Made by a program: the position numbers and the translations under genes
Shown: piece by piece, positions 22,298-36,284 of the stretch
Position numbering within the stretch: position 1 is the stretch's first letter
Layout: each line of letters begins with the position of its first letter
Source of the DNA: Octopus sinensis
Taxonomy: Eukaryota
Assembly (NCBI RefSeq): GCF_006345805.1
Contig: NC_043000.1
Coordinates: 138,198,001 to 138,262,000 of the forward strand
Direction of reading: 5' to 3'
Length of the DNA stretch: 64,000 bases
The notes under the pieces: generated by a model
Told to the model about the DNA's origin: nothing
The model's input: the letters and a program-made list of their open reading frames with translations, nothing else
The model's database searches: none

Positions 22298-24974
22298 GTA
22301 ACTTTACATTTCTTTTTATGTCTCAGCATTTAATTCAATACCAAGACTGTCTTCTCATAATGGTTTCTAATTTAGGCACGTAGGTACCATCGATCCCATT
22401 GCTTAACTGGTACTTTGTTGTGTTGACCCCCCTAAGAATAAAAGGCAAAGTTGACTTGGAAGGATTTGAACTCAAAATCTAGAGAGCTAGAACAGAAACT
22501 ACAAAAATATTTTCCTAACACTCTAATGATCCTGTCAATTCAACACTCTGTCTCTTGATTAATCAGAAGTTAGAATTGCAACATTCAATTTATTCCATCA
22601 TGTCTTGGTTTACATAAATTATTCTCAGTAGATTCCTTCAAGTATCTTAAAATAACATTGGAAAGATTAAACAGTGGATATAAAACTTTATTAGATTTGA
22701 ATAAGAAGCTGTGAAGTACAAACTGAAATTCTGTTAGTTATCCAGTTAGCTTTATAATTGATTTTCATCTGTAAATCTGAACAAATACTTTACTTTATCT
22801 CAAGAATTTGCATTTCTATATTTTGAGTAAATTTCCAGTCAGAAAATCTGAGTCCTTTCATATTTTTCTATCAACCAATAGAAGAAACAGTGAGAGACAT
22901 GTGCAATTAATGTTCAATCACTGTAAGTCACTAATTAATTAATTAATTAATTAATTAATTAATTGTATTGATAAAATCTTTATCCTTTAACACAAATATA
23001 TGTTGTTAACATGTTAGCACATTCATTTATGATGTGCTAATCAGGTGAAACAAAAGACATCTCCCAAGTGGCACAGTGAAAGAGCAATATAACAATTACC
23101 AGGAATGCCACACAAGTGACTTATAAAGAAATAGTCTTCAGTAGCATACCAGTGATACATGTGCCAGTCCAGAATCACAACTAAGCTAAAAGTTTCTTTT
23201 ATTTCAAACAATTCTCATTTTATATTTTTAAATTGTATAAGTATTTATTTTTTAAAATATGTCAAAGACCCATGAGATTATATCACTGCTTTCACTTTTG
23301 TCATCAGTGGCTAGTATGATTTTGTCTGATGACTGGTAAAGATTTCTTTTTGAGTGTGTAAGGTCTGATATTTTGGCTTGCAATGATAATGTATTGTTGA
23401 CAGTGGTGATCCTTGAATTAATTGTTTTTTAGAATCTTTTTTTTTTTTATATATTTTGGCTTTCAAAACAACATGAAATGACAAATTCTAAAAGAGGAGA
23501 TATAATCACTCTCTCCAGAAAATTAATACTGAATCAGTGAATTCTGGAAAAAAGGGAATTTGGGACTTATTCGGAATAATGCAAAAAAATTAATCCTGAT
23601 TTTACATGAATGTAAAAGTAACACACACAAACACACACACACACACACACACATGAGTGCATGAACACACGAATGTTTAATAAAGTCAAACAAATGAAAG
23701 CGATTTACTCAATACTTGTAGAGTAACAGAGTATATGGTTTGTTGAAACTGAATTCTCATCTTAGTCATTCTAGGATTATTTGTTAATCTAATTAAAGTA
23801 TTTCTTTTGCTATTTTTGTTTTGGTATGTTTATGTTTTATACTATGTTATTTTTTTTATAGTATTGTAACTGTTATTGCTTCGGTAAATATTCGATGCTC
23901 TTTAAAGATGTTTGAATTTGAAACTAATTAAGGACACATTTATTGTAAATTATGTTTCATGGCTGAGTGATTTTGGTGTGGCCCTTAGAAATTATTTATG
24001 TTTATTTCAATGAGAGTGCACTTTTTAAGATTATAATTTATTAGGGTATATTTATGTATGTGTAAATATTTTGGCTTTCACTTGCTTATGTTTATTAATG
24101 TGTAAGCATGTCATGGTTGATTTATTATGGCTAAAATGTATGGAATTTTATTTTGGTCAGTGTAACTAAAATAAATGTTTTGGTCAGTTGCCAAAAAACA
24201 AATGATTTCTATTTATTTCTAGAAATATGATTCTTTGGGTGTGTTTCCTTATATACATGTAAGTGAATGCAAATGTGTGAGCATTTGGCTTTGTATTCTT
24301 GTTGTGTGTACGTCACAGTTAAGTGATTAAAGCTAAAATATAGCTTATTTTATATGAATGTACTTACACGGATGTATATAAAACAATTTTGTTTGTTTAA
24401 ATCATTGAAGAGCATGTGTTGTTTGAATTGTAGGTTCTCAAGTGTGTATAATGTGAATGGATGTATGTGCATGCATATATGTTGTATACACAACATTTTG
24501 TATGTGTGTGGTTGTCCTGTTTGGAGTTTAGAGTATTTTCTAAATATTCCATGGAAAAATGCAGTAATTTTATTTCCCAGTCCTGCTTCATCTGAGGAGT
24601 CTAGAACCAAAAGACCGAATTCTGTGGTGTCATGTGCCACATTCTAGATAGGTCCATTTTTTTTTACTAATATGGTATTTGTAATTGAAAATGGCACCTC
24701 CTTGAGAAACAGCATAGGCTGCAAAAAGTTTCAGTATCTACCAACAAGAAAACTGACATGTTATTGCTGTTAATGGACTTCAAAAGGTTGGCAACTGATG
24801 GTCTTTGTATATATCAACCAAAGACTGCTTTAAATTTCCTTTTAGATTCTCTTTACTCTGACTCTATACATCTAAGGACTGGGACATGTCCTTCACCTAC
24901 AAAAATATAGTCATGTGTAGCTGAGTCAACATGTTATTATAATCTGTAACTATGTCTATATCTACCAATGTCTT

Positions 24975-25037
<63 letters not shown>

Positions 25038-25041
<4 letters not shown>

Positions 25042-25250
25042 TGAGGGAGATAAATTAATATTAATTTTAATATCAATTTAAAACCATTAGTCCAGCATAC
25101 AAAAAATCTGAGAAATCAGAGAAAATTCTAATATATGTGTATATTGGCAGGGCAAGACTGCTAGGTAGTCGTCCGTATGCTAGAAATAGATCATCCACGA
25201 TCAAACTACAAAGAAAGTTCTCTAGAGGAAAAATTCAGCGAACACCATAT
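25038..25250 (-). repeat. Unclassified TA-flanked interspersed repeat (copy 1)
   Basis: Its reverse complement shares CTATTTCTAGCATA and ..TTTAAATTGAT..TAATT.AT.TC..TTT.T.CCTCA.TATTT with 62960-63118. TA repeats on both sides. Confidence 0.45.
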
Positions 25251-25344
25251 ATATATAAATATATATATATCATTTGCCATGCTGGACTACTGAAATATAC
25301 AAGTTTTTTTTCATTCGCTGTAATTTTCAAGTTATTGTTTCTCA

Positions 25345-25475
25345 TTCCTTTCTGTTGAACAGTGTAGACTTGAAACATAAAAGATATTTTCATTTTTCCT
25401 GAGTGTCAAACTAATATACTTGCTTTTTGTTCATACACCTGTCTTCATCTTTTGTTTTTCTATACATTTCAACTA
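25345..25475 (+). mobile_element. Penelope-like terminus with degenerate hammerhead (left arm of an inverted pair)
   Basis: CUUU-CUGUUGA-...AGU(guag)ACU.-GAAA-CA-UA-AAAG at 25348-25383, then a T-rich tail ending at (TA)n. Confidence 0.55.
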
Positions 25476-25492
25476 TATGTATATATATATAT

Positions 25493-25625
25493 AGTAGGAA
25501 ATTACAAAAGAAACAAAAATGAAGACAGGTGTGTAAACAACAAACAGGTGTATTAGTTTAATGCTCAGGAAGGTGAGAAAGTCTTTTACGCTTCCAGCCT
25601 ATACACTTCAACAGAAAGGAACATG
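25493..25625 (-). mobile_element. Penelope-like terminus with degenerate hammerhead (right arm of an inverted pair)
   Basis: Its reverse complement aligns end to end with 25345-25475. CUUU-CUGUUGA...GGAAGCGUA-AAAG at 25583-25618. Confidence 0.55.
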
Positions 25626-25661
25626 AAAAAATAAACAGAGAGATAATAAAAAAGATTTAGT

Positions 25662-25673
25662 GGCTAGTGCCCA

Positions 25674-25722
<49 letters not shown>

Positions 25723-25751
25723 TATATATATATATATGTGTATATATATAT

Positions 25752-25803
<52 letters not shown>

Positions 25804-25887
25804 TATATTCATATATTTATATATATGTATGATATATATATATGTGTGTGTGTGTGTATGTATGTGTGTATATATATATATATATAT

Positions 25888-25954
<67 letters not shown>

Positions 25955-25998
25955 GATTTATATATATATATATATGTATACATATATATGCATATATA
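25662..25998. repeat. Long interrupted (TA)n
   Basis: Visible. Confidence 0.95.
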
Positions 25999-26000
25999 TT

Positions 26001-26402
26001 CTTTTATTCTTTTACTTATTTCTGTCATTTGACTGTGGCCATGCTGGAGCACCGCCTTTAGTCGAACAATTTAACCCCGCGACTTATTCTTTGTAAGCCT
26101 AGTACTTATTCTATTAGTCTCTTTTGCTGAACCACTATGTTACAGGGATGTAAATATACGAACATATGTTGTCAAGTGATGGTGGGAGGACAAATTCAGA
26201 TACACAAATGCATACATATATATATATATATATATATGTATGATAGGTTTCTTCCAGTTTCCATCTACAAGTTTTGTCTACCAAATCCACTCGCAGCTCG
26301 AGGCTATAGTAGAAGATACTTGCCCAAGGTGCCATGCAGTGGGACTGCACCCAGAACCATGTTGTTGGGAAGCAAACTTTTTACCACACAGCCACTCCTG
26401 TG
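26001..26402 (-). mobile_element. SINE-A
   Basis: Full-length match. Confidence 0.9.
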
Positions 26403-26639
26403 CTTATGAAATGTATATACAAATATGTATATATGAATATATGTATGTCAAATATTTACTAGATGTGTGTTTGAGTCTATATATTTATGTGTTTATGAAG
26501 AGGTTGTAAGAACTTAGCAACTATAAGCTTTGATTGTGAGGGTGTGGGAGCACACAGATATCCTCTAGTCTGCACCCTTGCATACACAGCAATATATGTA
26601 TGTGTGTTCATATATTTATATTCATGAATATGTATTTTG

Positions 26640-26962
26640 GCTCATGTGCCAGTGGCATGTAAAAGCACCATCCGAACGTGGTCGATGCCAGACCCCTCTG
26701 GCCTCTGTGCTGGTGGCATGTAAAAGCACCATCCAAATGTGGTCGATGCCAGATCCCTCTGGTCTCTGTGCTGGTGGTATGTAAAAAGCACCCACTACAC
26801 TCTCAGAGTAGCAGGTGTTAGGAAGGGCATCCAGCTGTAGAAATGCTGCCAGATCAGATTGGAGCCTGGTGCAGTCTCCTGACTTCCCGGACCCCAGTCG
26901 AACTGTCCAACCCATGCCAGCATGGAAAACAAACGTTAAACAATGATGATGATGATGATGAT
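26640..26962 (+). mobile_element. RTE 3'-end fragment with 3 hairpin modules
   Basis: GTGCCAGTGGCATGTAAAAGCACCATCC repeats, terminal domain and (ATG)n. Confidence 0.85.
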
Positions 26963-27659
26963 ACATATATATATACATATATGAATTCCTAAAATTGTTA
27001 CAATTTCCTATCTTATGAGGGATAGAAAGAAAACGAAATTGTTATATTTGTGGGATGGAAAAAGTATGAACGAAAACAATTAAATAAATAAATGAAATAA
27101 AATAAAAGATAAGACAATAGAAAAAGAACAAATTGTATTAATTCAAGTTGACAGCTAAACATAATGTTTACAGCTTCATATGATGTAACTCTTATAAAAA
27201 CAGAAATAATCCTCGATGTATGACTGTCTGTATGTGTATTTGTAAAGTTTGTGTATGCATACACACTCACACAGACACATACACACATATGTATTATATG
27301 CATATATGCACATACACACTCATGCTCTCACACACTCACACACTCACACACTCACATAACTTGTAATATGATTCTAAATCTGGAATAAACTAAGAATGAA
27401 AAGGAAAACCTAAGTTTATAACATTTGCTTAATGTGTTTGGATAATCCTTTGGTTTGGTGTTATTTTGATAATCTAATGTGGTGGATTTGGCATTTGAAG
27501 ATAAGAGAGAGGAAGGGAGAAAGAAAGCTATGCTAAAATTGGTTCTTTATAACATCCTGTTTGATGCTTCAAGTTAATTTTGAGATAGCACAGAAATTAA
27601 GAAATTAGGATGGTAGTTCTATATCAATGTAGTACGTACCAGTAATATGTTACATCAAA

Positions 27660-28090
27660 GGTGAGTTGGCAGAACCGTTAGCATGCCGGGCGAAATGCTT
27701 AGCGGTATTTCGTCTGCCACTACGTTCTGAGTTCAAATTCCGCCGAGGTCGACTTTGCCTTTCATCCTTTCGGGGTCGATAAATTAAGTACCAGTTATGC
27801 ACTGGGGTCGATATAATCGACTTAATCCGTTTGTCTGTCCTTGTTTGTCCCCTCTGTGTTTAGCCCCTTGTGGGTAGTAATGAAATATGTGTTACACCAA
27901 AGGTGATGAGGTGGCAGAATCGTTAGCATGCTGAGCAGAATGCTAGGTGGCATTTTGTCCATTTTTTCGCTCTGAGTTCAAATACTGCTAAGATTGAATT
28001 TGCCTTTTGTCCTTTAAGAGTTAATAAGACAAGCTGAAATTTGGGGCTGATGAAATTAACTTACCCAAAATCACTGGCCCTGTGCTGAAA
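27660..28090 (+). mobile_element. SINE-C (27660-27888) followed by an older diverged copy (27907-28090)
   Basis: Young copy with CpGs intact, then a degraded head and body. Confidence 0.85.
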
Positions 28091-28159
28091 TTTTAACTCA
28101 ATATGTGGTACACTAGTTATGTCCACATAGGTATTCCAGCTTCTGCTTTGAATATTAAT

Positions 28160-28400
28160 ACTCTTTTTACTCTTTTACTCGTTTCAGTCATTTGACTGTG
28201 GCCATGCTCGAGCACCGCCTTTTAATCGAGCAAATCGATCCACAGGACTTATTCTTAGTAAGCCTAGTACTTATTCTATTAGTCTCTTTTGCTGAACCAC
28301 TAAGTTATGGGGATATAAACACACCACCATCGGTTATCAAGCAATGATGGGGGAACAAACACAGACACACAAACATATACACACACACATACATACATGC

Positions 28401-28432
<32 letters not shown>

Positions 28433-28597
28433 TTGATGGGCTTCTTTCAGTTTCTGTCTACCAAATCCACTCACAAGGCTTTGGTCGGCCCGAGGCTATA
28501 GTAGAAGACACTTGCCCAAGATGCCCTGCTGTGGGACTGAACCCAGAACCTTGTGGTCCATAAGCAAGCTACTTACCACACAGCCACTCCTATGCCT
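28160..28597 (-). mobile_element. SINE-A
   Basis: Full-length match. Confidence 0.9.
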
Positions 28598-29041
28598 ATT
28601 AATATAAATATTTTAAGAATTCATTTTATATGTAAGGGCTGATTATTATATTAATGGCAATTAAGTCAATTTTTCTCTATATTATTTACATAAATGATAT
28701 GATAATAATAAACATTTAGAGATTGTATTGAGCTAATTATCAAGATGCAGACAATTAGAGATGCTGATCATATAGACTTTTAAAATTAGTACATGTTCAC
28801 AATTTTTTCTTAATGAAATTCATCCTGTACATGATTGGTATTTAATATTATTAACCCTACAATGATGGAAATTTCGATATGATTTGATATGGACTTATCA
28901 AGCTTCATGCTTATCTTTAAGATATATTTTATCTCATTTATATTGTTACAAAGTTTGGTTAAAACAGGAATATCATTATGCTATTGCATTACATTACATA
29001 GGCCAATGAAAAAGCCTCCATTTGGTCACTTAATTTACTAG

Positions 29042-29042
<1 letters not shown>

Positions 29043-29083
<41 letters not shown>

Positions 29084-29535
29084 GTTTAATGTCCGTTTTC
29101 CATGCTAGCATGGGTTGGACTGTTTGACCAGGGTCTGGGAAGCCAGGAGGTTGCACCAGGCTCCAGTCTGATCTGGCAGTGTTTCTACAGCTGGATGCCC
29201 TTCCCAATGCCAACCACTCCGTGAGTGTAGTGGGTGCTTTTTACATTCCACTGGCACAGAGGCCAGGGGAGGCTGGCAACGGCCATGATCAGTTGGTGCT
29301 TTTTCTGTACCACCAGTACGGAAGCCAGTCAAAGTGGTGCTGGTATCAGCCACAATCAGATGGTGCTTTTTACATGCCACCAGCACGGGTATCACAACTA
29401 CAATTTCCATTTGATTTTTATTTTGATATTGATGTACTTGCCTCAGTAGGTCTCCTAAAGCACAGCAGGTCACCCTATGATCCAAGGTAAGCACAGCAGG
29501 CCATCCTGCGATCCAAAGTACTTTGGATGGGCTAA
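29043..29535 (-). mobile_element. RTE 3'-end fragment including a homologue of the UTR-start module
   Basis: Minus strand GAGACCTACTGAGGCAAGTACATCAATATCAAAAT...TGGAAATTGTA resembles GAAGACCTGTTGAGGCAAGTGAAAATCAAAAT...TGGAATTTGTA. Confidence 0.85.
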
Positions 29536-30139
29536 ATAAATGCCCCTGAAATTGCACACTACAAATTTTAAGAAGTCAGACAAGATTATATCATGTAAGC
29601 CTAGATAGCATACGGATGACTATAAGAGAGGAAAATGATTACTGATACAGTTTGAACAGAAATCTGTTTTGTTGGGGACAATTTAGGCCTAAGTAACAAC
29701 AACAGTAATGATAACAACAAAATAACAACAATGTGAATACTGCATCACATCTTCTGTGACTTCGTATGTCTGAGAAAATTTATATCACTTTATAAGTTTT
29801 ATGAATGGCATTTAAAGAGTTGAAAGTGATTCTAGGAAGAATTAACAATATATAAGTGTAATTAAAGTAATATTTAGAATCTGAAGAAAGTGCTGATGGC
29901 CTACATTAGCAAAAGTTTGTTCATCGAAGAACCCCTTGAAGAGTTTGATAATTTTACTCAGCATGTGGGGCGTAGAATTTTGCTTTTCCATTGACAGTGA
30001 TGAAGTGACTAAGAGAGGGGAGACTTTTGCTTTGATTTCAGATAATTAAAATAATTATTTCTCTATAATCAATGTGACAGCTTTACTTTTTCTCCATTCC
30101 TTACTTTCAGACAAATCCATAAATTTCAAATATTTGTTT

Positions 30140-30350
30140 CAAAGTTTCGGTACAAGGCCAGCAGATTTCAGGATGAGATAAATCAATTAGATCAATCCCA
30201 GGGCTCAACAAGTGCTTATTTTATTGACCCTGAAAGGATGAAATGCAAAGTTGACCACAGGGAAATTTGCACTCAAAACACAAAAATGGATGCAATACCA
30301 CAAAGCATTTTGCCCGGTGTGCTAATGATTCTGCAAGCACTATGCCTTAA
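30140..30350 (-). mobile_element. SINE-C relic (similar relics at ~21715-21900, ~22375-22545 and ~62265-62470)
   Basis: GACCCTGAAAGGATGAAATGCAAAGTTGACC is the reverse complement of the central domain. Confidence 0.6.
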
Positions 30351-30982
30351 GAATCTCAAATATTAGATTCTTCAATCTTCTTATCAATTGAAATTATTGA
30401 ACTCTTCCATAAATTCTTCTTTAAAGCTTCAAATACATCGGCTCATATTTTTTATTAGACACAAAGTCCAATATCTTTTATTAATGGACCTAAGTAAATG
30501 CAACGTTAAACTTTTCCCAAAGAATTTATGAAAAATATAAAAATAACTGACTTTAGTTAATAATCGAAGCTATATCATAAACTTGAAAAGTCTTGTCCTT
30601 AGCTGCCTCTTCATTATTTGCTAGAAACAATACACTTTAAGCAAATAAGGGAAACTCCATGAGGAACTTAGCTGCTATAAATAGTACTTAAATTCCTCTC
30701 AAACTATATCTTGATATCTCAAAAATAGTAAACATTGAATAATATAGCCCTGTATGTTATCTACAAATAAGGTCTAATAGTTGTGGCTTCAATGATTTTC
30801 ATCTCAGATCAGACTCATCAGAATTGGCTGGAAGCAAAAGAGCAACAACAACAATAAGCATAACTTCATTTCCATATTGAAAATGTCCAAGGGTATGACA
30901 ATGGATATTGGTATCATAAGATAGTGTTTGATACTCCATAATATTATGATACTGAAATTATATTAAGTATGATATACTTAAG

Positions 30983-31282
30983 TGGAGGCACATGGCCTAG
31001 TCGTTAGAGCAGCATACTCATGGTCAAGGGATTGCGGGTTTGAATCTCAGACCGGGCAATGTGTGTGTTTATGAGTGAACACCTAAGCTCCACGCGGCTC
31101 CAGCAGAAGGTAATGGCGAACTTCTGCTGACTCTTTCACCACAAATTTCTCTCACTCTTTCCTCCTGCATCACGCAGCTCACCTGCAATGGACCAGCGTC
31201 CCATCCAGGTGAGGAACCTATACACCAAGGAAACCAGGAAACCAGCCCTTATGAGCCAGGCATGGCTCGAGAAGGAGCAAAC
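30983..31282 (+). mobile_element. SINE-D variant with tail type ii
   Basis: GGAGGCACATGGCCTAGTCGTTAGAGCAGC head. Tail CTGCAATGGACCAGCGTCCCATCCAGG...GAAACCAG. Confidence 0.8.
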
Positions 31283-31735
31283 ATGATATACTTAAAATGG
31301 AAACACTCTGATATTATGTTCAATTTTTCTTGGGGAAAAGAGTACAATATTGAATCAACATCAGCATAAATTTATTTTTAAACAAGTTTTAATATAATTT
31401 TTCTTATTCAGTGCTGTAATACAGTTATGTCATTGAATGTGTGAGAAAATCTATACTGGCTAAAATTTTGTTCACACAGTCAAAAGAACTACCTATATAA
31501 ATCAGAAATTAGGGTAACATCCAGAAACTGAGCAAACAGATGAAAATATGAAATTGCAACAGTTTGTCCATAGAAAAGTTCATAGAACAGTTTGCTAATT
31601 TTAGTTGGCATGTGGAGTATGAAATAGAATTTCAGCTTTTATTTTTTTGTGTATAAGTGAAGAAAAGACAATAAGGGGTATCTTTGCTTTGACTATTTGA
31701 ACCAATTAAGCAATGTCAATGACTTTGTGATTTAA

Positions 31736-31954
31736 CCCTTTAGTGTTTAAACTGGCCATACCAGGCCAAAATTGTCTTCCTGTTATATGCTCAAACCAGC
31801 CAGCTCTGACCTCTCACACCTACCCTACAAAGTCATTCTAAAAATAAACAGGGACATCATCAAAATCTCAGAGTTACAAGATCTGTACAATTAATTTAAA
31901 ACAATGTGATTAAACGGGCTTTACATTTGACAGGGTAATCTGAATGCTAAAGGG
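31736..31954. mobile_element. piggyBac-type MITE (219 bp)
   Basis: TTAA|CCCTTTAG ... CTAAAGGG|TTAA, with TTAA at 31732-31735 and 31955-31958. Confidence 0.8.
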
Positions 31955-32337
31955 TTAAAAAATACTTTTCTTAAGAATGACCTGATAAAGGAGTTCAATA
32001 ATTTTAATTAGTATGGGGACTGAAGAATCTAATGATTTGAAGAATCATTGATTTTTTTTAAATATAAGAAAGGAACAGCAAAATATATCATCACATTAGG
32101 TGTAGACAAGTAAAACTGTTATTTGTCTGCAACCCAAGCAACAACAGTTCTCCTTTAAAGAATTTTCTTTTCTGTTAGACACTAAGTGTCTAACAGAATT
32201 GATTTAAGTATTTGTAATATTTCAGAGGTCTTCTGAGATTTGTAGGGCAGAGGAACAAATGATAATGCAGGCACTATCACATTATCAGTATTGATTTCTG
32301 AGGTGAGCTTTATTTCCCATGTGATGTATATTTAGAT

Positions 32338-33105
32338 TAGCGGTTCTAAACCTTTTTGATCTCATTGCACACTAAAAAGCAAATTAGAAATTATGGTGCA
32401 CTTTGTATTACTTTTAACGTTTTTTAACTTGCTGTGTCTTGAGGAAGAGGATTTTTCCATTGCCTTTTCAGACCTGCTGGGACTGGTAACATCCTTTACC
32501 ACTGAAATGGTTTAACTTATAAAAAGCACCCACTACACTCACGGAGTGGTTGGCGTTAGGAAGGGCATCCAGCCGTAGAAACACTGCCAGATCAGACTGG
32601 GCCTGATGCAGCCTTCTGGCCTCACAGACCCCAGTTGAACTGTCCAACCCATGCTAGCATGGAAAGCGGACGCTAAATGATGATGATGATGATGATGATG
32701 AAGGCAGCGCCTGTTGGTAACACATGGACAAAGAGGAAAGTCTAGAAAGATATTCTGGGGAGCATAAATTGGGTTTAGTAGTATGTGCATGCCTTAGAAG
32801 TTGGGCTCAATATGTGTGAGGAAGAGAGACAAGTGAGTAAGGATACCTGAATGAAGATGTGATGATACCCAATAGTTGTTAGGAACTGTTATAGTAGCAA
32901 TAGAAAAAGCTGTTTTAAAACTAAAGAATGTTGAAAAATATAGAAAACTACCACTTATATTGTTTTGTTAATCCCACTTAAGAATAACAAAATTGTTGAT
33001 AACATTTTTCAAAACACTTAAGTATTGAAATTGAGTTTTTATGGTGCACTTAAGTAGCTTGTATAATGCACCAATGTTACACAGTACACATTTCAGGAAC
33101 CACTG
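32338..33105. mobile_element. Old hAT-like non-autonomous element containing a nested RTE 3' fragment
   Basis: Ends TAGCGGTTCTAAAC ... CAGGAACCACTG resemble the CAGTGGTT TIR type. Flanking 8-mers ATTTAGAT and GTTTAGAG match at 6/8. Confidence 0.5.
32520..32700 (+). mobile_element. RTE 3'-end fragment
   Basis: Terminal domain plus (ATG)n. Confidence 0.9.
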
Positions 33106-34049
33106 GTTTAGAGCAAAGAATAGCCATGTATTATTCTGTAGGGTTTCACTCAGAGAATGGATAAAGGCTGTCAGTTGCTTGAGTAGTAGATTTGAAAATT
33201 ATGTACAATCTACATAAAATATTAATGCTATAATTTGTGATTATTTTCATCAGATAAATATTGATATATCATCATTAATAATTGTTGTACTTATTCTAAA
33301 TATATACGTGAGCAAGAGAGCTTCTATGTAGTCATTCAACCTGGAAGAAATAGCAACTAAATTACACTCTAATCATATCCTGCCATCTATGAAATGACAA
33401 AGACATTTGGATAATATTGTCCTAGATACACTATGTAAAAAATGATGAGGTGCTCAAAGGCTGGAACATCTTTGGTTATAAGTCTGCTTCATGAGAGCTG
33501 CTGAGGAACAAAAACAACAGCAAAGCACAGAAATATTTTGTAGGTATATTTTCCATTTTATTTTTATTCTTATATCTATTAATTTTATTTTGCATTTCAT
33601 TTTTCTTATTTTTACACAATTTTACAAATCAAAAATTCTTCTCAAAGCAACAACAGTCTTTATAGGCAAGTTAGAAAAGAAGAAACAGTACTCGTGACCT
33701 CATGACTCTTTTTTAAGGGAGTCTGAGACTAGTGGAATAAATTGGGGAGGAAACAATGACTGCCACTCTAGAACTCTTTTTGTAGCTCTTGGGCCTTCAC
33801 ATCATATTACAAATGTTCTTCACATCATATTACATCATCATTGATTTTCTGATGGAACCACAAAAGATATATTTCCAGTGGTTTTGCAGTTACTGATACT
33901 ATTTGCACTGTTTTTTTTTTTTGCTAGTGATAGCAGGCAGGCTTTGAGATCAAGTAAGAAATTATGGTGCATTACTTTTGACTTCTTTTCTTTAACTTGC
34001 TGAGTCTAAAGGAAGAGTCAGTTTCAACTACCTTTTCAGGCCTGTGGAG

Positions 34050-34458
34050 ACTCTTTTACTCATTTATTCTTTTACTTGTTTCAGTCATTTCACTGTGGCC
34101 ATGCTGGAGCACTGCCTTTAGTCGAGCAAATCGACTCCAGGAATTATTCTTTGTAAGCCTAATACTTATTCTATCAGTCTCTTTTACCAAACCGCTAAGT
34201 TACAGAGATGTAAACACACCAGCATTGGTTGTCAAGTGATGTTGGGGAGACAAACACAGACACACAAAAATATACACACACACATACATATACACGATGG
34301 GCTTCTTTCAGTTTCCGTCTACCAAATCCACTCACAAGGATTTGGGCCAACTGAGGCTATAGTAGAAGACACTTGCCCAAGGTGCCACGCAGTGGGACTG
34401 AACCCGGGACCATATGGTTGGTAAGCAAGCTACTTACCACACAGCCACTCCTGCACCT
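34050..34458 (-). mobile_element. SINE-A
   Basis: Full-length match. Confidence 0.9.
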
Positions 34459-34865
34459 ATGACTCACAATATTTTTGACCTATGGAATGTTTAAACACAT
34501 TTCAGTCAGCATCGGTTAGAAAGACATGGACAAAGACAAAAGTTCTAGAAAGATATTCTGAAGAGAATAAATTGGGTGTGGTGGTAAGTGTAGGCTTGGG
34601 ATGTTGGGCTTAATATGCATGATGAGAAGGAGAGCTCTGTGGTGCACCCAAATATCACTGATCTGTACTTCATTTATAGATCCTAAAAGGATGAAAGATA
34701 AATTTGACCTCAGATGAATTTAAACTCAGTGTGCAGAAAGTCGACAAAAGTCACACAGCCTTACATAGCATTCCACCTGATGTTTTAATTTGCCTCAGTT
34801 TGAGGAAAGCACTATTAGTATGAATTCCATTGGTGAGAGGAGCTTGCAGAATCTATAAACTCAGC

Positions 34866-35064
34866 CTAGGTGGCACGTAAAAAGCACCCACTACACTCGC
34901 AGAGTGGTTGGCATTAGGAAGGGCATCCAGCCGTAGAAACTCTGCCAGATCAGACTGGAGCATGGAGCAGCCCCTGGCTTCCCAGACCCCAGTCGAACCA
35001 TCCAACCTGTGCTAGCGCAGAAAACGGACGTTAAACAATGATGATGATGATGATGATGATGATG
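34866..35064 (+). mobile_element. RTE 3'-end fragment
   Basis: Terminal domain plus (ATG)n. Confidence 0.9.
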
Positions 35065-36284
35065 TTACTCCATATGAAATCAATAATTGAAAAAGGGTAA
35101 AAAGAACCCTCTCTCCTTGCTTATATTTAAGCAATGAAAAGAAATAAGCTAGATATCAACTGCACTAAATTTCTTCAGTTATCCCAGGTATTGCCAATAT
35201 AGAAGAAATGAAAAACCCAAACTTCTGTGGACAGAGACTCTCCTTAGAATGAAAAAAAAAAAGAAATACTTAAAAATAACGGACAAGACATATTTCAAAC
35301 ACTAAATCTAAGATGGGAGAATGCTCAAATTGAATCTAAACAGATACGTTGGTTAACTATATATCACTTGTACAGGAAACAAAACACTCCTGATTGGTTT
35401 ATTGGTTACCTTCATGCATGAGGTCCCTTCAGACAAAGATTACAAGATATACACTAGGACAGTAACAACAACAACAACAACAACAATGTATTTGATAATG
35501 AAGGTAACAAACAGGATAATTGGATGGACTCCATAGTTAGGAATCAATAAAACACATTGCTATTTTTCTTTTTTGAATTTTTTTTTTGTCTGCTATTTCT
35601 ATAACGTTTTACTTTTTGTTGTCTGCTATTTCTATGGTGTTACAAAGTATGTAATCTTTTTACTGTTTTATTTCTCTTTTTTTAATTATGATAATCTCTT
35701 GCTCTGATTATTTCAGGAAACTATAACTAGATCACATTTTGCCAGAATAACATACAATTCCAAAGGTAGCACAGAATACATTGCAATTTGCAATTATCTG
35801 AATGAGGATATTGCAATTTAAACCTAATTTGCAACAGTAGGAAACACTATGACTCAGAAATTCTGTTGTTGCTGTAATGTAAATGACATGCTTTATAATG
35901 AAACCAGCTACTTGGATGGATAAATATGTTACAGGTTTTCCTCAGGAAAGAAGATGGACAAATGAAGAAAACAAAAAAAGAATGAAATAGAGAAAGACTA
36001 ACAAAAAAGGTGAAGAAAATACAGCTGAGAATAGGAAAAAGGAAAGATCAAAGATGTAGGAAAGACAGGAGAAGGAGGAGGAGGTGGAGGTATGGAGGTA
36101 AAACGAAAGACGAATAATTTGGAAAAAGCTGAGTAAGTGCTGAATGGAGTGAAGAAGCTAAAATGAATGAAGTAACCAGAAAAGTGTTGAGGAGGAGAAT
36201 ACATAAAAAGAATATGAAGTGGAGGTGACAAGACAAAAACTATTGCCAGACATTTGAAGGAGAAAGAAGATATATATATATATA

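Noticed and set aside
24581-24647. Possible plus-strand terminal exon (PASSEESRTKRPNSVVSCATF*)
   Set aside because: Short, no recognisable homology and no partner exon.
35947-36270. Purine-rich stretch as a Lys/Glu-rich exon
   Set aside because: Stops in all frames soon after the acceptor-like site. Low-complexity sequence or a very old LINE relic.
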